From: an uncultured Clostridia bacterium
GTDB lineage: Bacteria > Bacillota > Clostridia > Christensenellales > UBA1242
Direction of reading: 5' to 3'
Assembly: GCA_934747385.1 (NCBI GenBank)
Contig: CAKVGK010000002.1
Location: 2,436 to 66,435 of the forward strand
DNA length: 64,000 nt
Below, in pieces: positions 54,547 through 61,857 of this stretch; position 1 is the stretch's first letter; each line of letters begins with the position of its first letter. Below the pieces are notes generated by a model. The model was not told the DNA's origin, did no database searches, and saw nothing but the letters and a program-made list of their open reading frames with translations. Both the position numbers and the translations under genes were made by a program.

Positions 54547-55686
54547 ATGATACCATTTAACAAACCTAGTTTAACAGAGCTAGAAAAAAAATATATGTTA
54601 CAGGCCATTGAATCTGGAAAAATATGTGGAGATGGAGGGTTTACTAAAAAGGTTAATGAATTTTTTAAAAAAAAATTTAATGTTGATAATTTTATGTTAA
54701 CAACCTCTTGCAGTTCTGCTTTGGACATGTCTGCAATTTTGTTGGATTTGCAAAAAGGAGACGAAGTAATTGTTCCGTCATATACATTCGTTTCAACTGC
54801 TAATTCGATAGTTTTACGTGGAGCAACTCCTGTTTTTTGTGATGTTTGCAAAGAAACTATGAATATCGACCCTAATAAAATTGAAGAATTGATTACAACA
54901 AGAACAAAAGCAATATACGTCGTGCACTATGCTGGTCATGTTTGTGATATGGACAAAATTATGAGTATCGCAAGATCTCATGATTTATATGTCGTTGAGG
55001 ATGCAGCGCAAGCAGTTGGTTCTCTCTATAATGGTAAAGTTGCTGGCACAATAGGAGATATGGGTTGTTATTCTTTTCATGAAACAAAAAATTATGTAAT
55101 GGGTGAAGGTGGTGCTTTAATAATTAACAACCCAAAATTTGTAGAAAGGGCTGAAATTATTCGTGAAAAAGGAACTGACAGAAGTAAGTTTTTGCGTGGA
55201 CAAGTTGACAAATACACCTGGCAGGATTGTGGCTCCTCATTCTTGCCATCAGACATTTTGTCTGCAATATTGTACGCTCAATTAGAAAGATTTGATGAAA
55301 TTTTTAATAAGCGTATGTCAGCATGGAATTATTATTATCAAAATCTTAAAATTCTTGAAGAACAAGGATTGATAGAATTACAGGGCAGCAAAGTTGAAAA
55401 CTACCAACATAACGCACACATGTTTTATATTTTGACTAAAGATATCCAAGAACGTGATAAATTAACTGCATATTTAAAGCAATGCGGAATCAGTGCAGTT
55501 TTCCATTATGTTCCGCTGCATAATTCACCTTTTGCAATCAAACTTTTAAACAACAAAATTCCAAAACTGCCAGTAACCGTAGAGTATTCACAGAGGTTAC
55601 TGCGTTTGCCAATGTATGCTGATATCAGTTTGAATGAATTGGAATTTATTGTTAATTCAATCAAAACTTTTTATGAGGTGAAATAA
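54547..55686 (+). CDS. wecE: dTDP-4-keto-6-deoxyhexose 4-aminotransferase (DegT/DnrJ/EryC1 family, WecE-like)
   Basis: MIPFNKPSLTELEKKYMLQAIESGKICGDGGFTKKVNEFF closely parallels the E. coli WecE N-terminus. SFHETKN is the PLP-lysine motif. I prefer the ATG at 54547. Confidence 0.75.
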   Translation: MIPFNKPSLTELEKKYMLQAIESGKICGDGGFTKKVNEFFKKKFNVDNFMLTTSCSSALDMSAILLDLQKGDEVIVPSYTFVSTANSIVLRGATPVFCDVCKETMNIDPNKIEELITTRTKAIYVVHYAGHVCDMDKIMSIARSHDLYVVEDAAQAVGSLYNGKVAGTIGDMGCYSFHETKNYVMGEGGALIINNPKFVERAEIIREKGTDRSKFLRGQVDKYTWQDCGSSFLPSDILSAILYAQLERFDEIFNKRMSAWNYYYQNLKILEEQGLIELQGSKVENYQHNAHMFYILTKDIQERDKLTAYLKQCGISAVFHYVPLHNSPFAIKLLNNKIPKLPVTVEYSQRLLRLPMYADISLNELEFIVNSIKTFYEVK

Positions 55687-56558
55687 TGAAAGGTATAATT
55701 TTAGCAGGTGGCAAAGGAACAAGGTTGTGGCCAATAACCAAATCTATAAGCAAGCAAATTATTCCAATTTATGATAAACCTATGATTTTTTATCCGTTGT
55801 CGGTATTAATGCTTGCAAACATTAAGGAATATTTAATAATTTCAACACCTAGAGATATCCCAATGTTTAAAGAATTGCTTGGCGATGGAAGTCAATTAGG
55901 AATAAATATTCAGTATAAAATTCAAGAGAATGCAAATGGAATTGCTGAAGCGTTCTTAATAGGTAAGGATTTTATAGGGAAGGATAATGTGTGCTTAATT
56001 CTGGGCGACAATTTCTTTTATGGTCATGGATTTTCAGATTTCTTAAAAGAATGCAAAACAATAGATCAAGTAGGTGGAGCATACGTCCTAGCATATAAAG
56101 TAAAAGACCCAACAAAATATGGGGTTGTTGAATTTGATGAAACAAAAAAAGTTGTTTCCATTGAAGAAAAGCCTTTGATTCCAAAATCTGAGTATGCAAT
56201 ACCTGGATTGTATTTTTTTGATAATTCAGTTATTGAAAAAACAAAGAATTGTAAGAAATCTGCAAGAGGTGAATATGAGATTGTTTCAATCTTAAATCAA
56301 TACCTAAATGAAAACAAATTAAAGTGCGCGGTTGTTGGTAGAGGTTTAGCATGGCTTGACACTGGGGAACCTTCTGGACTTAACGACGCTAGCAATTTTG
56401 TGAGAACAATACAAGATTCTCAGTCTGCTTATATTGCTTGTCTTGAAGAAGTTGCTTATAATCAAGGATTTATAAACTATCAACAGTTAATTAATCTAGG
56501 CAAAACTTACAAATCAGAATATGGAAAATATATTCTATCTTTAAAGGAGAAAAATTAA
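55686..56558 (+). CDS. rfbA: Glucose-1-phosphate thymidylyltransferase
   Basis: MKGIILAGGKGTRLWPIT...KQIIPIYDKPMIFYPLS is canonical RmlA. Confidence 0.9.
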   Translation: MKGIILAGGKGTRLWPITKSISKQIIPIYDKPMIFYPLSVLMLANIKEYLIISTPRDIPMFKELLGDGSQLGINIQYKIQENANGIAEAFLIGKDFIGKDNVCLILGDNFFYGHGFSDFLKECKTIDQVGGAYVLAYKVKDPTKYGVVEFDETKKVVSIEEKPLIPKSEYAIPGLYFFDNSVIEKTKNCKKSARGEYEIVSILNQYLNENKLKCAVVGRGLAWLDTGEPSGLNDASNFVRTIQDSQSAYIACLEEVAYNQGFINYQQLINLGKTYKSEYGKYILSLKEKN

Positions 56559-57601
56559 TGCAAACTTATTTAATTACCGGTGGTGCAGGTTTCATTGGTT
56601 CAAACTTTATAAAATACATGCTAAAAACATATAAAGAAATTAAAATTATCAATCTGGACAAATTAACATATGCTGGAAATATTAACAATTTAAGAACTTG
56701 TGAAACCGATGAAAGATATAGCTTCGTAAGAGGAGATATTTGCGATAAACAAGTGGTAGAAAACATATTCAAACAAAATAATATTGATTATGTTGTAAAT
56801 TTTGCAGCGGAAAGTCATGTTGACAATAGTATAAAATCTGCATTCCCTTTTTTTGAAACAAATGTTATGGGGTGCTTAAATTTGATTGAACAAGCAAGAA
56901 AATTTTGGAGTGATGGCGAAGGCTATTTGCCAAATAAAAAATTTCTTCAAATTTCAACAGATGAAGTATATGGGAGCTTGGAATTAGATTCCGTAGAAAA
57001 GTTTAATGAGCAAACTAACATTAATCCGCATTCTCCTTATTCGGCGTCAAAAGCAAGCGCAGATATGCTTGTTAAATCTTTCTATGATACGCACAAAATG
57101 CCAATTAACATAACAAGATGTTCAAATAATTATGGACCATTTCAATTTCCAGAAAAATTAATACCTTTAATATTTACAAAATGTCTAAAAAAACAATCTT
57201 TACCAGTATATGGTGATGGGTTAAATGTTAGAGATTGGTTATTTGTTGAAGACCACTGTAGAGCTATTGATTTAGTTTTGCATAAAGGCAAAATAGGCGA
57301 AATTTATAATATTGGTGGCGGTGTTGAGCAACCAAATATAGCCATAGTTAAAAAGATTATTAATTTTTTGCATAAATACGACGCTAAAATAACAGAAGAA
57401 TTGATAACTTATGTTACAGACAGAAAGGGACATGATAGAAGATATGCTATTGATTGTTCGAAATTGACGAAAGAATTAGGATATAGTCCAATGTATAATT
57501 TTAACCAAGCAATGGACGAAACTCTGACATGGTATTTAAACAACAAAAATTGGTTGGAAAATATTGTAAGTGGTGAATATGTCAACGACAACAACGCTTA
57601 G
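56558..57601 (+). CDS. rfbB: dTDP-glucose 4,6-dehydratase
   Basis: TGGAGFIGSNF, STDEVYG and YSASKA motifs. Confidence 0.9.
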   Translation: MQTYLITGGAGFIGSNFIKYMLKTYKEIKIINLDKLTYAGNINNLRTCETDERYSFVRGDICDKQVVENIFKQNNIDYVVNFAAESHVDNSIKSAFPFFETNVMGCLNLIEQARKFWSDGEGYLPNKKFLQISTDEVYGSLELDSVEKFNEQTNINPHSPYSASKASADMLVKSFYDTHKMPINITRCSNNYGPFQFPEKLIPLIFTKCLKKQSLPVYGDGLNVRDWLFVEDHCRAIDLVLHKGKIGEIYNIGGGVEQPNIAIVKKIINFLHKYDAKITEELITYVTDRKGHDRRYAIDCSKLTKELGYSPMYNFNQAMDETLTWYLNNKNWLENIVSGEYVNDNNA

Positions 57602-59273
57602 TTCTTCAGAGAATAAAAACCTTAGCAACCCAAATCAGGCAAGAAAGAAGATTTGGATTTCTTTTGCAATTGTACTGGTTTACTTTGCTTTGTTGTTGCT
57701 CATTTTTAATTTCATGTTCAGCATAAATGATGACAGGCAAATTATGGAGATAGTGTGTGGAAAATTTTCCAATGCAACACCTTATGCTATCTTTATTTCA
57801 ACTTTGTTTTCTTATCCACTATATTTTCTTTATAAACTATTCCCAAATTTCCCAGTGTATGGCTTTGCTTATGTTGTAGAAATGTTTTTAGTTTTATGGT
57901 TTATTACATTTTTTGTTTTAAGCAAAGTTCAACAGAATATTAAAATAAAAGCACTGTTTATTACAATAACATATTTAACATTATTACCATTTTTGGTTTT
58001 AACTCAATTTACATTTGTTACGGCAATATTATGTTTTCCTCTTGTTATAATAAGTGTTTATTTTAATAAATTCAGTAAAAAAGAAAAAATAGTTTATTCG
58101 GTTTTATTTGCCTTGTTCGCGTTTTTATCCGTTGGAATTAGATATCAAGTCTTCTTAATGTCGGTACCGTTTGTTGGTTTAGGAGTTGTACTTGGGCTCT
58201 CAAAAGATAAAAAATCATTTATATCAACACTGTTAATAGTTTTAATGACTGTTGTTTTTTTATTTAATCTTGGTTTGAACAAAATAATTTTGTCAAATGA
58301 TGAGAATTATAAAAATTTTAACGAATACAACATTGTAAGGTCTGATTTATATGATTATTATGGATTCCCTGATTATGATAGCAACAGAGAATTTTATGAA
58401 AGCTTATCAATTGATAAATCAGCTTATGAATTATTAACACATTATGTTTTTGATATCCCTGAAGCAAGTTTGGAAAACATGAGGGTTATTAGGGACTATC
58501 AGTTAGAAAATTCAACAAAATCAAATAGATTTATTATCAAAACAGTATATGAGGGTTTTAATGGTTCAAAAGTATTGTCCAGCTTAATAATTATTCTCAT
58601 AGTCACAAATTGTTTCTGTGGCATAAAAAATAAAGATAAGAGAATTTTATTCTCTATTTTACTATTGGTTATTGGAACTTTAATTATGTCTGCATTTATT
58701 GCTTATAAAATGAAATTCCCAGTTCGTATTGCAGAATGCTTACTGTTATTTAATTTTTACTTTTTAATTGCACAATTAACAAGTTTCGAAAATTCGCCGA
58801 TAAAAACAAAAACAAGCAAAATTCTGTTTTGCATTATGGGAATATTAATGTTTAGCATGTTTGTTCATTCTATTGTCAAAACATATAATTATAGTAGAGG
58901 AATAAAATCTTATTGTAATTTTTATCAGGGGCTTGAAAATGAATTAATAAATCGACCTGAAAATATATATTTTGTCGAAAAAGACATAACAATTCCTTTG
59001 AATGCTTATTTGTTAAAGTCAACAAAAGTAGTAACAAACCAGTATGTGTCGGATTGGAATGTGTTTTCAACCTTTTACAATTCTTTAATGAAAGAATTAA
59101 AATATTCTTCATTTTATGATTTGTTAAATAATGCTGATAATTTTTACTTGGTAACAAATGACTTAAATGTTATTAATAGATATAACGAATATGTAGGTTC
59201 AAGATTTAATAAAAAATTTGTTAATACAGAGGAGATATTGAATTGTAAAATTTGGTTTTTGTGCCCAGTTTAA
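57570..59273 (+). CDS. Large polytopic membrane protein, candidate GT-C-type glycosyltransferase
   Basis: 567 aa with at least 10 predicted TM helices in the N-terminal two thirds. Acidic NDD follows TM1. A soluble tail of about 130 aa follows. The start (57570 GTG or 57579 ATG) overlaps the rfbB end. Confidence 0.5.
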   Translation: MVNMSTTTTLSSSENKNLSNPNQARKKIWISFAIVLVYFALLLLIFNFMFSINDDRQIMEIVCGKFSNATPYAIFISTLFSYPLYFLYKLFPNFPVYGFAYVVEMFLVLWFITFFVLSKVQQNIKIKALFITITYLTLLPFLVLTQFTFVTAILCFPLVIISVYFNKFSKKEKIVYSVLFALFAFLSVGIRYQVFLMSVPFVGLGVVLGLSKDKKSFISTLLIVLMTVVFLFNLGLNKIILSNDENYKNFNEYNIVRSDLYDYYGFPDYDSNREFYESLSIDKSAYELLTHYVFDIPEASLENMRVIRDYQLENSTKSNRFIIKTVYEGFNGSKVLSSLIIILIVTNCFCGIKNKDKRILFSILLLVIGTLIMSAFIAYKMKFPVRIAECLLLFNFYFLIAQLTSFENSPIKTKTSKILFCIMGILMFSMFVHSIVKTYNYSRGIKSYCNFYQGLENELINRPENIYFVEKDITIPLNAYLLKSTKVVTNQYVSDWNVFSTFYNSLMKELKYSSFYDLLNNADNFYLVTNDLNVINRYNEYVGSRFNKKFVNTEEILNCKIWFLCPV

Positions 59274-59560
59274 TCAAAAAATCTCGTCAATAGATTTGGC
59301 GAGATTTTTATAATAATAACCCTAAAACAGCTCAATATAGTATAATTTTGAACTTAAGTTTAACGTGATATATCTTTATACTATAATTTGTTTTATAAGC
59401 ATTTTTGGCTTAGTTTTTTTGATTCTAGGTTTAGGTTTTCATAATGCAATATGTTTTTCTATCAAAATCTTGTTAAATTATACTCAGTCAAAAAAATGAC
59501 TAAAAAAGCACACTGTATTTAGTGCGCTTATAATGTTAAATCACAACATATTGCGGTGTT

Positions 59561-59651
59561 TGGCGGAGAGTGAGGGATTTGAACCCTCGCGCGCCTTTCG
59601 ACGCCTACATCCTTAGCAGGGACGCCTCTTCGACCTCTTGAGTAACTCTCC
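59561..59651 (-). tRNA. tRNA-Ser (anticodon GCT), CCA encoded
   Basis: Minus strand: GGAGAGT...CGTCC-CTGCTAA-GGATG, long variable arm, GAGGG-TTCAAAT-CCCTC, ACTCTCC-G-CCA. Confidence 0.9.
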
Positions 59652-59902
59652 TCATCGAACCACCGATAATATTAAAATAATTTTGTAATTACTTATGTGA
59701 AAAACATTTTCAGTATAGCACAACAAAAAAGTTGTGTCAATCATATTTTACACATTTTGTTAAAGAAAAACGGGTTTAAACTAACTAGAATTTTAAAACG
59801 AAAAAATTTGTCTAAATTTGTAAAAGTGAAAAAATGTGGCAAAATAAGTGGACAAATAGAATATTTTTTATTATTATTTTATTAGGTTAAAAGGGAGGAT
59901 TT

Positions 59903-61441
59903 ATGAAAAAAATATTAAGAAGCGCAATGGCTTTAAGTTTGGCTGGTGCAGCGTGCTTAAGTTTTGTTGGTTGTGGAAATGACGGCTCAAAAATTGAGGC
60001 AGCAAACAGAAAAGCGTTCGGCAAAGTGTATGCCGCAATTTCAAATTACAGTGCAAATTTGGCAGCGTTGGGAAAAAACTCAACTGAAAGCAAAAATTTT
60101 GAATTCAAAATTGGCTTTGATTTTGATATGAAGACGTTAGATATGTCAACAGACGAATTAACTTCCACTCAGTTAAAATCAATTATGTCAATGAATTTTA
60201 ATGCGGCTTTTGGTGCAAAAACTGGCGCAGAAAACCAAATGTATGCTTACATTAACGCCAAGAATTTAGACAATCAATTGGCAAATTTAATGCACGCATA
60301 TTTCACAACAAAGCAAGACGATGACGTGTTTGTTCGTTGTTACATGAACACTCAGCCAGAGGATTGGGAAACAACATTCACAAGCTATTACACAGAGACC
60401 ACAAGTTATGAATTGAACACTTCAGCAAATTTTGGCGAAGCGCAAATTTATAAAAAAGTTGAAGGAGAGGAAGACCAATATCAACCGATTTTTGTTCAAC
60501 CAGAAGATTGGGACACAAACTATCAAACATATTACGTTTTAAAGCCACAATATGTTCAAAACACAAATCAAACTTTCGACGCTGCAACAGAATATTACAA
60601 ATTAAGTGACATGGTTTACGCTTACTTGAACACAAATGTTTCAGAGTTTGTTAGCTATGAATTGCTTGCCACTGAACCAGCAGATTGGAATTTAAATTAC
60701 AAAAAATATTATAAATTAGGATACAACTATCAGAGTAACACAAATCCAGATTTTGAAGCAGGTATATACTACACATTTAGTACAACAGATGATGATTATC
60801 ATTTGTTGGAAGAAAAGCCAGCAGATTGGGAAACAAATTATGAATCATACTATGTTCAAGTTCCAGCATATGTTTCTAACACAAACACGACATTTGAAGC
60901 AAATAACACTTATGCATTAAAAACTTCTTTGCCAGAAGCCATTGCGGATGTGTTGATTGCAAATATTGAAGATGGCAAATATTCAATCAGTCTTCCAATT
61001 GAAACAGTTAAAGACATGCTTCCAACAACAGGCGACGAAGATGCTACAACAGACATTGTTGACACTCAACAAATCAGTTCAATTATCTCTTCAATTAAAA
61101 ACATTCAAAACTATGACCAATTTAAGGCATTGATTGCTGAAATGGACGCCTCAATTTCTTCTTCAACAGACGCAAACGGCAGTGCACTTATCATCAGCCA
61201 ATCAATAACAGAAGGCACAGGCCTTGCGTCAACCACAACTTCAAATGAACTTAAAATTTATGTTGGCAACAATGGCAGCATGACAATCAGTTTCAAATCA
61301 ACTGTTTCCACTGCAGGCATTCAAGTGAGCTCTATGAGTTTGAATTTGTCAATCTCATTGTCAACATTTGATGAATCACAAGTTCCAACAGAAGTTGAAC
61401 TTGAAGATTATGAAGTAATCACCCTTGAAGATATTTTCTAA
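59903..61441 (+). CDS. Lipoprotein with internal P(E/A)DW(E/D)TNY..YY repeats
   Basis: Signal peptide with lipobox (FVGC). GGGAGG RBS. Four repeats of about 45 aa. Confidence 0.75.
   Translation: MKKILRSAMALSLAGAACLSFVGCGNDGSKIEAANRKAFGKVYAAISNYSANLAALGKNSTESKNFEFKIGFDFDMKTLDMSTDELTSTQLKSIMSMNFNAAFGAKTGAENQMYAYINAKNLDNQLANLMHAYFTTKQDDDVFVRCYMNTQPEDWETTFTSYYTETTSYELNTSANFGEAQIYKKVEGEEDQYQPIFVQPEDWDTNYQTYYVLKPQYVQNTNQTFDAATEYYKLSDMVYAYLNTNVSEFVSYELLATEPADWNLNYKKYYKLGYNYQSNTNPDFEAGIYYTFSTTDDDYHLLEEKPADWETNYESYYVQVPAYVSNTNTTFEANNTYALKTSLPEAIADVLIANIEDGKYSISLPIETVKDMLPTTGDEDATTDIVDTQQISSIISSIKNIQNYDQFKALIAEMDASISSSTDANGSALIISQSITEGTGLASTTTSNELKIYVGNNGSMTISFKSTVSTAGIQVSSMSLNLSISLSTFDESQVPTEVELEDYEVITLEDIF
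60353..60908 (+). repeat. Four in-frame repeats of about 135 nt inside the lipoprotein gene
   Basis: PEDWETTFTSYY, PEDWDTNYQTYY, PADWNLNYKKYY and PADWETNYESYY, each followed by Y..NTN..F(D/E)A. Confidence 0.8.
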
Positions 61442-61500
61442 ACTTGCAATAAACCAATTTATTTGATTTACGCATAAATCCAGTTTGTTAATAACAATTA

Positions 61501-61531
61501 AAAAAACAGGCACTGATATGCCTGTTTTTTT
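61501..61531. terminator. Bidirectional terminator between convergent genes
   Basis: ACAGGCA-CTGATA-TGCCTGT flanked by A6 and T7. Confidence 0.75.
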
Positions 61532-61553
61532 ACCCCTAGTTTAGGGTAGAGTT

Positions 61554-61718
61554 CTATTCACCTAAAGTGTAATAGCTGCCTGAGTGTTGAGTGGCAGGGA
61601 ATCTTTTGCCTTTTTCAAGGTAAAGGCTGCCGCCATTATGTCCTTCACTGTCATATGCTACATATGAACCAGATTGTGGGACTGTTTCACCAGGTTTCCA
61701 TTGCTTTGTTTTAGACAT
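61554..61718 (-). CDS. YjzC-like small protein (54 aa; absent from the ORF track)
   Basis: Hand translation gives MSKTKQWKPGETVPQSGSYVAYDSEGHNGGSLYLEKGKRFPATQHSGSYYTLGE. GGAGGTG RBS. The KPGE.VP.SG.Y...KG..FP.T pattern resembles B. subtilis YjzC. Confidence 0.65.
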   Translation of the reverse strand: MSKTKQWKPGETVPQSGSYVAYDSEGHNGGSLYLEKGKRFPATQHSGSYYTLGE

Positions 61719-61822
61719 CTAGCACCTCCATTTGTATTTTGTGCATGTTCATGGTGGTTATTCAAAACAGACACTAACAAATTTTGGCAAATAAATCTTA
61801 AAAATCTGCCAAACTCAAAAGA

Positions 61823-61851
61823 TTGCCAAATATTTTAATATATGCTAATAT
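61823..61851 (+). promoter_or_regulatory. Promoter placing the TSS on the addB ATG (leaderless)
   Basis: TTGCCA (61823-61828), 17-nt spacer, TAATAT (61846-61851), then 6 nt to the ATG at 61858. No SD. Confidence 0.5.
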
Positions 61852-61857
61852 TAGCAT

